Positions 13,301 to 26,986 of a stretch of DNA of 64,000 nucleotides are shown in pieces. Location of the stretch: the NCBI RefSeq assembly GCF_006345805.1, contig NC_043006.1:97898001-97962000 (forward strand), written 5' to 3'. Position 1 is the stretch's first letter; each line of letters starts with the position of its first letter. Origin of the DNA: Octopus sinensis. Lineage: Eukaryota. The notes beneath the pieces were generated by a model. The model was not told the DNA's origin and made no database searches. It worked only from the letters and a program-made list of their open reading frames with translations. A program made the position numbers and the translations under genes.

Positions 13301-13955
13301 CGAGGTGGTATCAATACGTTCCCGGACTATTTCTGTAACGCTCTATCAGATGACATTGAGCATGCTTCGGCAAGCTTACAGCAAGGAGGCAATGGGTCGT
13401 ACGCAATATTTCGAGTGAAAGACGATGAGCTCAATCATGGAGAGGCTCATCGCTTTTTACGACATCCGTAGTATTGTGCATCGAGTATTTGAGCCAACCT
13501 CAGCTCCCGGGCCAGGCTGTCAATCGAAAGTCTTATGGCGATGTTTTGAAGCGGTTTGAGGGAGGAAATTCGGCGAAAGCGACCGGATCTGGGGAGTGCG
13601 AAGAATTGGATTCCTTATCGAGCTCTCCTTATTCGTGAGTTTTTCGCCAAAAACGAAATGATATCGCTTCCACACACGCTCTATTTACTAGATTTACCGT
13701 ATACGGACTTCCATCTCTTCTCCAAGGGTTACTATTTTAACACTATTGTCGAGGTCCAGAGCGAAACGCAAAAGGTTCACTGGGAATTTACGGGAAACGA
13801 TCTCCAGGCTAGATCCCTAAGGTGACAGGAATGCTGGGACAGGTACATTGCTGTGCAAGGTGACTATTCTGAAGGCGATGGTGTTAAAACTTAGGTAAAT
13901 AAGTTATTTTTTCTGTCAAACACGACTAGTCTGGGAACATTTTGATATCACCACG
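13301..13955 (+). mobile_element. Internally deleted mariner relic
   Basis: Degenerate TIRs CGAGGTGGTATCAATACGTTCCCGGACT / AGTCTGGGAACATTTTGATATCACCACG; TA at 13299-13300; REEIRRKRPDL..REFFAKNEMISLPH..TDFHLFSK..W.RYIAVQGDYSEGD relic. Confidence 0.8.
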
Positions 13956-14464
13956 GTTTTTCTTTCTCCCCTCAAGAAAGATTCCTCTTCAATTTCACTA
14001 CTTCTATTACAAGCAACCATGAAAACCAGTTATGGCCGTCGTACATACTGATTGAAGTATTAGCTAAATTTCCACAAATTTCATATCGCCCATAAAACGG
14101 AAACTGTTCGCCAAATAATATAGTCTTACACACGTATAAAAAGACGCCGTGGTCATCAGTAGAACGCATGTGAACCAAACTCAACACGATGAAGCTTGAT
14201 CCGAAAGTAACAAGCAACATCGAAAGGAAACGAAAACAAATTTAAATAAAGAGGAATCAAGACATTTAGGCCTATTAGCTCTAGTCTAGCGCGCTGGAAA
14301 TTAAAAAAAATATCATAAAACCTTGGCACAACACTCCGATATTTTAAAACAAGTCAAGAAGTAATGAACATAAAAACACTAAACTTCTTAGTGTAGAAAA
14401 GAAAGCAAGATGGACTTAAGTGAAGAACATACTCGTATACATAGAAACATTCTCATGCACATAC

Positions 14465-14866
14465 GCGCAGGAGTGGCTGTGTGGTAAGTAGCTTGCTAAC
14501 CAACCACATGGTTCCGGGTTCAGTCCCACAGAGTGGCACCTTGGGCAAGTGTCTTCTGCTATAGCCCCGGGCCGACCAATGCTTCGTGTGAGTAGATTTG
14601 GTAGACGGAAACTGAAAGAAGCCTGTCGTATATATTTATGTATGTATGTGTGTGTATGTGTTTGTGTGTCTGTGTTTGTCCCCCTAGCATTGCTTGACAA
14701 CCGATGCTGGTGTGTTTAGGTCCCCGTCACTTAGCGGTTCGGCAAAAAGAGACCGATAGAATAAGTACTGGGTTTACAAAAAGAATAAGTCCCGGGGTCG
14801 AGTTGCTCGATTAAAGGTGGTGCTCCAGCATAGCCGCAGTCAAATGACTGAAACAAGTAAAAGAGA
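14465..14866 (+). mobile_element. SINE family A, full length (tRNA-derived head, internal microsatellite)
   Basis: A-box-like GGCTGTGTGGT, B-box-like GGTTCAGTCCC, core GATTTGGTAGACGGAAACTGAAAGAAGCC, internal (TA/TG)n, tail GAAACAAGTAAAAGAG. Confidence 0.9.
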
Positions 14867-15259
14867 GTATGCCTGTCTGTCTGTCTTTCTGACTTTGTTT
14901 CTTTCTGTCCGTCTGGATAACTATTTATCTATCTATCTAGCCATCTACACGCATTGATATATAAAGATACATAGAAACATATAAATATTTATTTATCTAT
15001 ATTTATATGCACACACACACATATTAATATTTATAGTCGGGCTATAAACACTAGTAACTCTATAGCCTAGATTTTTCTGCCAGAGCACTTGTATGAGACT
15101 TGTTTGTTAAATACACAAACCTGTATGTATGAGTGCATTTATGTATGCATGTGTGTATGTACGGACGTATGTATGTATATGTGGTCTTATATATGTAGGC
15201 GTATATATGTATGTATATATATAAATATTTACATATATATATATGTATGTATGTATATG

Positions 15260-15291
<32 letters not shown>

Positions 15292-15404
15292 ATATATATA
15301 TATATACATATATACATATATATATATAAAACAACCACGCACTTATAAACGTATGCAAAATCACGATGCATTGTACTATAAACATCTATCTATCTATCTA
15401 TCTA

Positions 15405-15448
<44 letters not shown>

Positions 15449-15713
15449 AATCTGTCTATCTCTATCTATATTACATTTATGTTTATGTATACATATATAT
15501 ATATATATATATATATGTATATGTATATGTACATATGAATGTGTATATATATAAATACACAAAAGCGAATGTGCGCACACGCACAGACATGTATATATAT
15601 ATATATACACACATATATAAATTTCATTTTACTTGCAGCGTAGGAAAGTCTCGACTTTTATGGGATTGTATTTTGATTTTCTTTTGTTTTCTTTTCTTTT
15701 CTTTCGTTTTCGG

Positions 15714-15714
<1 letters not shown>

Positions 15715-15762
<48 letters not shown>

Positions 15763-15777
15763 TATTATTATTATTAT

Positions 15778-15842
<65 letters not shown>

Positions 15843-15846
15843 ATAG
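15715..15846. repeat. (TTA)n(GTA)n compound microsatellite
   Basis: Direct trinucleotide runs. Confidence 0.95.
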
Positions 15847-16270
15847 TAATTTTTTATTCTTCGAGTTTGTGTAGCAAATCGATATATGTAGGAATGGCTT
15901 GGTCTCAATAAACACTACGATATATTTTAATCTAATGCTGTCTACCTCTCATTTGACATACGAGCTTTAAGAATCTTCATAAACAGTGTCAAATAATCCT
16001 GGAAGAGTATCAACTCAACTTTGATATCGATAAATATTTGGCAACGAATTGCAAGGAAATCTGAAAATTATGGACTCATAAAAATCATAAAATTCAGTAA
16101 GCAAAGAAGATTATCTTTTCAGTTATAAGTTATATGCTTTCGTCGTAGTCTCGGTCTTATCGCTCCGTTCTCTTTCTCGCTGTCTTGCTGACTCTCTGTT
16201 TCTTTCTCTGTCAGTCTGTCTGTCTCCTCTCTCTGTGTCTCTCTTGTACTAACACATACATACGTACATA

Positions 16271-16271
<1 letters not shown>

Positions 16272-16327
<56 letters not shown>

Positions 16328-16346
16328 ATATATATATATATATATA

Positions 16347-16428
<82 letters not shown>

Positions 16429-16493
16429 CATATATATATATATATGTACGTATATACGTATTTATAGACATATATATATATATATATACATAT

Positions 16494-16560
<67 letters not shown>
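16272..16560. repeat. Long interrupted (TA)n tract
   Basis: Direct dinucleotide run with C/G interruptions. Confidence 0.95.
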
Positions 16561-16974
16561 CATATATGAAGATAAGTATGTATGTATACGGTGTATGTGT
16601 GTGTCTATGTTGACCGTGTACATACATAAATTCCCGCATCTACATTAGTCATGACATCCCATTAAACATTGAATTTCAATGGCAGAACTTGTGTTATGAT
16701 ATAAGTAGTGACCAATAAGAGATATAAATAGGCCGTACGACACACCAAAACAATACACACACATATATACACACACATACACACACTTCCACGCGCGCAC
16801 AAACACGCGAACAGACAGACAGACAGACACACACACACACATTGATTCACACACACACGCTCACACACATGCACACACGCTGCAACCCTTACTGTAATTA
16901 AATCTGACCAAGCAGAATTCCGTGGTCACCACAGTAGTGGACGGCAACGTCTTTCAAAATCAACGTCAGCATCG

Positions 16975-17075
16975 TCATGATGATGATGATGATGATGTTC
17001 ATCATCTTAATTTTCATCATTATCAATCATCATCATCAACATCATCATCGTCATCATCATCATCATCATCATCAT

Positions 17076-17113
<38 letters not shown>

Positions 17114-17149
17114 CCACCACCATCATCATCATCATCATCATCATCGTCG

Positions 17150-17189
<40 letters not shown>

Positions 17190-17234
17190 TATCATCACCG
17201 CCACCACCATCATCATCATCATCATCATCATCAT

Positions 17235-17285
<51 letters not shown>

Positions 17286-17479
17286 TATCATCACCATTAC
17301 CATCATCATCACCATCATCATCGTCATCACCATCATCATCATCATCTTCATCATCATCATCATCATCATCATCATCTTCATCTCATCATCATCATCATCA
17401 TCATCATCTTCATCATCATCATCATCTTCATCATCATCATCATCATCATCACCACCATCATCATCATCACCGCCACCAC

Positions 17480-17520
<41 letters not shown>

Positions 17521-17603
17521 CCATTATCATCATCATCACCATCATCATCGTCATCACCATCATCATCATCATAATAATCATCATTATCATTATCATCATC
17601 GTC

Positions 17604-17634
<31 letters not shown>

Positions 17635-17658
17635 CCATCATCATCAACATCGTCATCG

Positions 17659-17694
<36 letters not shown>

Positions 17695-17724
17695 CCACCA
17701 CCATCATCATCATCATCATCACCA

Positions 17725-17755
<31 letters not shown>

Positions 17756-17885
17756 TCATCATCACCACCACCACCACCACCATCATTGTCGTCGTCGTCG
17801 TCGTCGTCGTCGTTTCTGTCATCATTATCCCCTCCTCTCCCTCCTCTGCACCATCATTATATTCCTGCTTCCTCATCATCATCCT
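16975..17885. repeat. ~0.9-kb interrupted (CAT)n array
   Basis: CAT units with CAC/CGT/CTT variants; yields stop-free polySer/His/Ile and polyMet/Asp ORFs. Confidence 0.95.
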
Positions 17886-18229
17886 GACCATCATGAAAAC
17901 TCTCACGGCACAGCCCAGAGCGTTCTCTTCAGTAATAAGTTAGTATTCAGAACGAGATAATCTTATACTTGGTATACACAATATTTAACACGTGATATAT
18001 AAACAAATCGATCAGTGAGTCTCCGAATATAAACTTGCATTTATATGTAGTTTTCGAATCAGTTTTGCATCTATTTTGCTTTTCTCTGTGTTGGAGTTTC
18101 AGAAAATTTACAGATGCCATTAATAGAGCTTCCATGATTAACTACGCCATTTTTGATTTTTAAATAAATTTGTAAATTGGATTCTAATTCGCAAGACAGG
18201 TGCCAGAGGACGAAGAGAAACGGTCATGG

Positions 18230-18400
18230 GCATTAATATGGTTTCTTTTGAGTAACAAGACTTTCACAACTTTTAGTTAAGTCTTATCATCATTGGTTCA
18301 GATCATGTTGTTGAGTTTATGGTCATCTGCACATATTGGCTACTTGCAGATCATGGTTGCCACTGATTGCTGGTTAGAAAATTGGCCCTTGCTCTAGTAG
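18230..18400 (-). pseudogene. Small non-LTR RT relic (YADD region)
   Basis: GPIF..ADDHKLNNMI*TNDDK resembles GP.LF..FADDTKL...I....D; heavily degraded. Confidence 0.4.
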
Positions 18401-18577
18401 GACTAGTGATCGGTTGGTCGTGTCTTCAATAATATAACTAAAATTTTGGGGGTAAACATTATCGAAGATTAGACAATGCGTCTAAAGTGGCTAGCTAGCA
18501 AATTCGTAAGCATAATGGACAAAATGCCTCAGCCGTATTTTTTCCGTCAGAGAGTGAAGAAGTTGATATTTTTACCA

Positions 18578-19947
18578 TTATAATAACGTGTCAACAAGTG
18601 GATCTGTGTGTTCCGTTTCTGGGTCTGTGTCTGGAGAGACTGGATTAGGGATTAGATGATGCTGCGGGTGCAATTTTCTCCGTGAATGGATATTAAGTGG
18701 CCAACGAGTAGGTTGCTTGCGTCTTGTGTAAGAAATGTGTGATATCGTATTGTTGGTTGTCTTTGTTATAGGTGTGTGTGCTTTCTGGTGGCTGGTCTTG
18801 ATTTGCAGTTGGTAAACTTTTTAGGGATGGGGTACCTCTTGTATCACTTCTTTTACTGGCCGACTCCTCAACGTCGATGCTTTCAGTTGATGATAGTGCG
18901 ATGTTGGTATCTTTCATGGTTCTCTCTTCTCTCTCTGGAGTTCCTAATTCATTCTGTTTTGATGTAGTCTTGGTTGCTTTCTTTTCTTTTGGGATGTTGT
19001 TCTACATTTATTTAGTCGTGTTGTTGGTCGACTTCCCCTCCTTCGGCCTATTATTTCGGTAATTAGTAGGCTGATGGGTTTGTCAGATTTAATGTCCTTT
19101 GGTTCGAGTGATTGTATAGGTAAGCTAGGTGAAGGGTGTGCTGCCGGTTGCAAAACCTGTGGACATTTAGCCTTTATGTGGCCTTTTCCCTGCTTTTGTA
19201 GCATCTTGGGCATTTGCCCTCTAATATAACACTTAATTTCGTTTCATTGGGCAGGATAATTTATCTGTAATTTCTTCCAGATCCCTTTGGGTGGCTTGAA
19301 TTGTTACTTCCAAGCCATAGCCCTTCCAGTTCTACTGTTGTGTTCTGGGCGTTTTAAGTATGTGTACTTTCTGTTTCATGTTTAACATTATGGCTGCTAT
19401 CAGCCACATCTCTTTTATATCTGGTGGGACCACCCCAATTCTAATTTTGGAGGTTCGTCTACCAAGGTAAGTCGGCAGTAGCACCAACTCTGCCTAATTT
19501 AGAGGTGTGGTCGAGTGTTTTGTTGCTTTCTGTTCGGACGCAAATCTCACCTTTACCGTGCCGAAACGTTTCCCTCTGTTTACGAACTTTGTTTCGTTCC
19601 ATATTTGGCGTAAACATTTTTCGATGGCATCCATGGATGCCATATCTATCTTTTTTGTTGCCGTTGATAATGTTCTATAGATGATCCTTTTCTTCTTTGT
19701 GCTATCCATAAATTCCTCGGGGTTGGGGGAGGTCAATCTTAAATTCGACCCCTCCTTCTGGATTAAGTCATTACAATCTTCAAGCTTTTCTCAATTGCCC
19801 TGCACTCCCTCGCTGCTAACTTCGGCCATAGAAGCATAACTGCCATCTTTGGCAATGGACGCATAACTGCCTCCGATATTGTTAAATTCGACCCTGTTCA
19901 GGCACGACGTGGTCCTCTGATTCACATTGGAAGCTATCAACCTCCAT
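18578..19947 (-). pseudogene. Gag-like ORF1 of a non-LTR retrotransposon with a degraded CCHC zinc knuckle
   Basis: ATG at 19947, GSYASIAKDGSYASMA, then ..RGKRFGTVKVRF..LLPTYLGRRTSKIRIG..; knuckle C-Y-K-(S)-R-E-K-G-H-I-K-A-K-C at 19163-19203 with a 1-nt deletion; low-complexity C-terminus. Confidence 0.7.
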
Positions 19948-21142
19948 GCTGCACTGCATTTGCATATAAAAAAAAAACCTTCGCCCCTAAAAAGAGAAAA
20001 CGGAAAATGAGTACAAGCCTGCTATCACAGGTAATGCATCAAAAGACACAGAAACAGATTAATAACAAGTAATCTCAAAAGTTAAAACGTACAAGCTATA
20101 TAAAACGGGTACTTAGCAGTAGAAATAAAACAAAAACCAACACAGAAAAGGACAAATTTCGACTGCCAGGAACGAGGTTCAAGTTGATTTTTATACTCAT
20201 AACCTCCACGAGATGCACGTGCATTTCGGTTTTCATGGTAACTGTTTGCGACTGCCACCCACGGCATTCATCGCAGCTGCGTTTTGGCGGCTTGTTTTAA
20301 GGAAACGTAAAAACGTACCTGCAATTTGCGTCCCAGCCATAAAACAGCATGTCTTGGAATATTTACACTTACATCTCCAAAAGAAATTTTCAGAATTTAC
20401 TATAAAAAATTGAAATTTGAAAAAATTTCGTTTCTTTTGCGGTTCAGTGTATGTTTCCGATTAACCTTGGAACGGAAGACCATATTGAAGGCTGGCTATT
20501 GTGGAGGTCGTTGAACTTAAATGATCATAGAACATAAGTTTGCAAACGATGCAAAGACGAGCTACTGAAGTGTTTTGGGAGTAGGTTACGGACGGTGTTT
20601 ACAAAATATAGTTGTTTTACATGAAAGCAAAATTTCTTGTCAGAAGCAGCCACATAAATGGTGTAATGAAATTGAAGGAAGATGTTGAAACTTCCTCCCT
20701 GCGAATTTATTTTCTCAGCAGCAAAGGGAGCTATTTTAGCGGACAGATAAGCTAACAAAAGCATCTTCATTCAGTCTTTCCACATAATGCCGCATAAAGT
20801 TAAATTGATATGGAGCTTTCTGAAAGATACGTATAGCATTCGCTATGGAAAGCAAAGCTTTTATTTAAAGGTTGATTCTTTGCGACGAATCATACGTGAT
20901 TGTTTAAAAAGGGCTAGAACGACAATGCTAAAAGGTATTTGAAACAATGTACAATAGTCGAAATATCATTCTTAAAATGAAGACACGCATTGTTAGGTAA
21001 ACAAAAGTATTAGTAAATATAAAAGAGGGAAAGGAACATCACCTTTCAAGTAACTCAGAATAGGTAAAGGTAAGATTCCCAAAGTTTAATGCAGTTTAAA
21101 TATGGAGATTAAGATTGTTTGGTATTGGATATTAATCACGTA

Positions 21143-21495
21143 CAGTGTTCCTAGTCAATTTAATCACCGTGGCAGGTGGACAGTCGAAATAAATAGACAT
21201 AATCCTTTTACTTTTATAAGAAGATTGAAAAAGCATGGAAGACCCTACATACAAAAAACTATGTTCATTTAGCTCCATTTACGCGGGAGCTCTGGGTTAA
21301 ATGTTTAGGGCATGACCATCCTTGGGACATAAGTAATGTGAGTGTAAAGTTTGGTGAAAGTCGGTTGAGAATTGTGAAAATGTATTCGTTCAGTGTTCCT
21401 AGTCAATTTAATCACCGTTATTGGTGGACAGTGGAAATAGATAGACAAAATCCTTTCACTTTTATAAAAAAGATTAAAACAGTATGGAAGACCCT
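21143..21495. repeat. ~105-bp direct repeat pair, 248-bp period
   Basis: CAGTGTTCCTAGTCAATTTAATCACCGT..GGTGGACAGT.GAAATA.ATAGACA..ATGGAAGACCCT at 21143 and 21391. Confidence 0.75.
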
Positions 21496-21778
21496 CCAAA
21501 TTATAAAACGGCAGATTAACACAAATGAATAGGAATCATCTAGTGTTGGTTTCCCATCGCTCTAGAGGCCTCAATATCAATGTTTCTAAAAATCTAAGTA
21601 GCCTTTGAGGTAAATTAAATTTTTACACACACACTCACATACACACAGAGAAAACTTCAATTTTATAGATATTATATATATATAAATAAATATATATATG
21701 CATATATATATAATACATACACAGACATAAATATAATAGTCATACACAACACACATATATTATATATATATATATATA

Positions 21779-21809
<31 letters not shown>

Positions 21810-21818
21810 TATATATAT

Positions 21819-21914
<96 letters not shown>

Positions 21915-21924
21915 ATATATAGTT

Positions 21925-22154
21925 AAGGCGGCGAGCTGGCAGAACCGTTAGCACGCCGGGCGAAATGCGTAGCCCTATTTCGTCTGCCGTTACGTTCTGA
22001 GTTCAAATTCCCCGAGGTCGACTTTGCCTTTCATCCTTTCGGGGTCGTTAAATTAAGTACCAGTTACGCACTGGGGTCGATGTAATCGACTTAATCCATT
22101 GTTCTGTCCTTGTTTGTCCCTTCTATGTTTAGCCCCTTGTGGGTAATAAAGAAA
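21925..22154 (+). mobile_element. SINE family B (tRNA-derived), full length
   Basis: GGCGGCGAGCTGGCAGAA head, GAGTTCAAATTCC B box, GCCTTTCATCCTTTCGGGGTCG core, tail ending AATAAAGAAA. Confidence 0.85.
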
Positions 22155-22167
22155 CACACACACACAC

Positions 22168-22213
<46 letters not shown>

Positions 22214-23843
22214 TTATAGATAGATAGATAGGTAAATGTGTGTGTGAATGTAATGTATGCATGCGTCTTAGTGTTTGAGTCCAGCTCTGGCTGACGGCCA
22301 GTTTACAACCTCTTAGAATTTGGGCAACAGAGTAGGATAGAATAAGTACCAGTCTTAAAAGTACTGGGTTTGACTTATTTGATTAAAACCCTTCAGAGTA
22401 GTGGCCAATGTCGGGCGTAGTCCAATGACTGAAAACAAAAGTAAAAGATAATGTAATATATGAATCTATTTAGGTATGCGCACATATAGTGTAATACAAT
22501 TACATTTTATACAAGAATCCAAGTATAGCAGTTACTATATTGCAGACAGTTTCTAAGCAAATATGTACGTAGAGGCGTATATAATTCCAACTGTTGTCTA
22601 GTGTTATGAAACTTCAGCCGGAAATTGACATCTCTTCTATACAAATTCCTGCTATTGATGGGATACTACTGTCTGGACTTGATAACAGAAGACTTGTAAT
22701 TTCCAAATTTCAAAACAACATCTAATTCTGTAGACATTTGCCATTGTCACTATCATTATAAATGATTACATTAAAATTCTGTACAAATATATTCCAGATG
22801 CAAAAGTTAAGTGGCAGGTTGCGAAAGATCGTAGTGTAAATTGAGAAATAACGGTAATTGTACGCCTCTGTATAGTTAATGGATTTCACAATGACCACGA
22901 CCGAAACCTGGCAAATATTAAAACTACTCGAATAACCTTGTTTCTATCCTTCAAGAGTAATGTAAAAGACACCAAGTCTTTAAAGATTCTAAAGGTGAGT
23001 AGAGTCTAGTGAACCAAATGAAATTTGCGTTCAAGGTCACTATCCTTGATTTAGATTTCTGTAGCTATTTTCTCCCTGTGTCTCGACTTCTCTCTGTTTC
23101 TTACTTTCATGACAACAAGGAGAGGGAGGAGTGAAGACGTACTAAGGTAGCAGGCAAGGTGTGGGATGTAGTGTGTTGCAGGCCAGTTACTCTATAGAGC
23201 TTTCAGCATGTTTGGCACCACATTATCCGCCCCCACACACTCGCACGCCCACACAAATACACACACACACACACGCACGTTCAGACAACTGGACACAAAA
23301 ACCATTTAATAAATGCTTTTAAGCTACTTCCTCGGCATGGACCCATAGAGAGTTTTTTTAAACAATAGACAGCTACACCGCTCTCTTTCTCTCTAACAAC
23401 TTCAACTCTACACCAAATTATTTATAAACAAACTATATTTGAAGAAGAGTTAACGGTAAACCACCAGACATCTCCTAACCACCATGCAGAAAATAGACAC
23501 AAACTGATTTTACTCCATATCAACATTTTTATTAATATTTCATCATCGAAACCGGTAATATTTTCTATTTTATATATGTATATATATATATAATTACAAA
23601 AATATAATTATAATTAAGGGCACTATACGGCCAGCGCCTACAAACCACTGTTTGTTCTCTTTATAACACGAGGAGGAATGCTAAGGAATGGACAAGTCGA
23701 TTTAGAAAATTTCGGGTAACTCTATATCTTTAGATTACGTGTTTTATACTAAAAACCACTACGATCTTCAGTAGAAGTACACCGACAATATATGAGAAAT
23801 ACATATGCATGGCGACAATTTTCTGCGGACAGAGAACAATATA

Positions 23844-24281
23844 TACTCTTTTACTCTTTTATACTCTTTTACTTGTTTCAGTCATTTGACGGTGACCATG
23901 CTGGAGCACCGTCTTTTGTCGAGCAAATCGACCCCAGGACTTATTCTTTGTAAGCTTAGTACTTATTCTATCGATCTGTTTTGCTGAACCGCTAAGTTAC
24001 GGTGACGTAAACACACCAGCATCGGTTGTCGAGTGATGATGGGGGTGGGGCAAACACAGACACACAAACATACACACACACACAAACAAATATATATCTA
24101 TATATACAATATATACGACTGGCTTCTTCCAGTTTCCGTCTGTCTACCAGATCCACTCACAAGGCTTTGGTCGACTTGAGGCTATAGTAGAAGACACTCT
24201 CCCAAGGTGCCACGCAGTGGGACTGAACCCGGGATCATGTGGTTTGTAAACAAGCTACTTACCACACAGTCACTCCTACGT
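23844..24281 (-). mobile_element. SINE family A, full length
   Basis: Reverse complement of the 14465-14866 type, with internal (CA/TA)n. Confidence 0.9.
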
Positions 24282-24739
24282 ACCACGCAGCCAATCCTAT
24301 GCATTTTTCGCGCATACATTGTATCTAATCGCCCATCTCAACCATATGATTAATGCCAGAAATAGAAAATAGTGCCAGAATGAATATAGTACCTGAGCAA
24401 ATTATAATGACGAGAGAACTCAAAATTATACATACGTATAAATTGAGAATATAATTATTAAAACGATTATATCTGTGGCTAGCGTATAAAAACCACTATA
24501 TCGGTAAAATTACTTTTAAGTATGTAATTATAAGAATATAATTATAATATTATAATTAAGGTGGCTGGACGGTCAAACTCTCCTTGTCTCTTCTCTCGCA
24601 CTCAATATTGTGCTAAAAAGAGAACAAACTTAAAGTGGATTGTAGATATTTGACATGTATGTATGTATGTACGTATGAATGTATATATATATATATATAT
24701 AATTAATAATATCAGAGTAATAAAGATTTTAGAAATTTC

Positions 24740-24890
24740 GTCCACATCCACATTCGAAGTTCAAATTTCGGTGAGGTCAGCATTGCATTTCATCCTTTTG
24801 TTGTCAATAAAAGCAGCACCAGTTGGCTACTGGGGCCGATGGAGTCAACTTCCCTCAAATGACTAGCTTTGCGCCAAAATTTCAAACCAA
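24740..24890 (+). mobile_element. SINE family B, degenerate
   Basis: AAGTTCAAATTTC..GCATTTCATCCTTTTG..CACCAGTT..CTGGGGCCGAT. Confidence 0.55.
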
Positions 24891-25524
24891 TAGATTAAAG
24901 TTTTTGATTGCCAGAGACTATTGGGGATAAATAGAGGACCAGATAATGTAAATGTAAAAATAAAATTTTAAAAAATTGCTAAGATTTTATGGTTTCATCT
25001 GGGAGAGAAGTAAAACACATTGAATCCTTTTCATAACCTCCATAACTTTTGTGTGAAGAAAGAAGAAAGCACGGGTCGTGGATTGTTCTCGGACTACAGA
25101 CCGACTCCCGCAACATAGTAAATTCAGCTAAAGAAAAGAAAAAGCAACGTTGCTCATAAGCCAAATGTTAAGTTTGTCACTCGTGGTACAGTCACAGTCA
25201 AAGTCCACGGTACAGGTACCGTCAAATGAATTTCACTCACAAGTTGAAACCAGATGAACCTTGCGTGTAATAGGAATGATCCAGGTACCCAAGAGAAAGT
25301 GAATGCTTTAAAGACATGGACTGTTGTTTCATTTTAAATTTTCAAGGTTATCTATAACTGACTTCACTGAGTAGTTTCAGATGGTAAAGAATACACAATA
25401 TTTCAGAATTCATTTTAAGTTTACAGCTGTTCCAGTGTTAAATATTTTAGAAATATATAAGACAGAAAATAAAACAGTTTAAAGATGCATTAACCTATCT
25501 GAAAATGAAAACCCAATAATATTT

Positions 25525-25569
<45 letters not shown>

Positions 25570-26914
25570 ACACACACACACACACACAAACACAAACACA
25601 CACACACACGCACACACACACATATATATTTAAATCAGTTTAATGTATTTAAATGCGTAACACATTTACTCAACCATTTACACGAATAAGATAGAAGTAA
25701 TTATTTACTGAAGTGGAAAATAGGAAGAGTTTAAGAAGCTAAGAGAAAGAAAAGCAGGAAATATATATGGTTATATGCTTGTCATGCGTATTTCTGAACA
25801 TTTTGTATGTAAGGAATGTATATATACATACGTGAGTATGCATTATGAACACGTAAGCTTGTGTTTATATATCTGCATTTGTATGACAGCATGTATGTCT
25901 AAGTATTTTACTCTTTATATGTGGATCTGCGTGTGTATGTGCGTGTATGATGTGTATGTTTGTCTATGTTTACGCATGCTAAATGCATGTTTAGTTGTTA
26001 AATTTAAAATTGAAATCATGGATATAAAAAAATAGAATAAAATAAAAATATGTAAATAAATGAAAGGAAAAGAAAAGGCCAAACATTGCAGCTGTATTTG
26101 TGTACGAATTTATCAAACACGGGTCTAATAACAGTTTGAATTAATTGCAACAGTTATTAATTCCACTCACTTATTAAAATGCTAGTCCGAAACGATTAAT
26201 AATGGTGATATCAAAATACTCGCAACCATGATGGCGCACACACATTCACACACATACACACACATACAAACACACACAAACATAATACACATACATAAAC
26301 AGAGTGCCCCCACATACACAAATAAAGGTCCACACACACACATACACACACGCGTACGCACACCTATTCTCACAAAATTATAGAAAAATTATACAAACAA
26401 AACACTTAAGCCTAGTTACAGTTATGAATTATATGCCAAATCTATCAACCTAATCTCTCACTGAAACTTATTTACATTTAGATGCATCGATTTTCGTTTT
26501 GACAAGAAGCGGGACTTGTATATTTTAGCATGCAAATGAGATCTCAGCAGAGACGATGGTGGCTTATTCCAAAAAGACCATATAAAACCAAATTAAAGTG
26601 AATTATTTATGATCGTGCATTTTGTTTTTGGTATCCTTTACAGTAAAACAGAAAAGGAGTATGCATATAATCCTTTGCACGTTTTGCTTGTTTCTTTCTT
26701 TCTCCACCTTTTTCTCTCTCGTAATTGAACATATCTCACTTCTCTTTCTATTTCATTCTCGCATTCTCGCATTTCTCATTTACTTCGCTAAATTTCCATT
26801 CTTATTTTTTGCTACATCTTTATGTGGAATGATAATCTTTTAATTACTTTGCAAATTTATGCATAGAATAATAACATTATGCAAATGTGTTTGTTCAATC
26901 ACGTTCACCATCTT

Positions 26915-26986
<72 letters not shown>

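Noticed and set aside
16922-17960. ORFs of 299-327 aa (polySer/His/Ile/Met/Asp)
   Set aside because: Translations of a (CAT)n array; open on both strands purely from composition.
22734-22817. Possible 84-nt plus-strand exon (TFAIVTIIINDY..KWQ)
   Set aside because: Weak donor (GTTGCG), no recognisable protein, no supporting neighbours.
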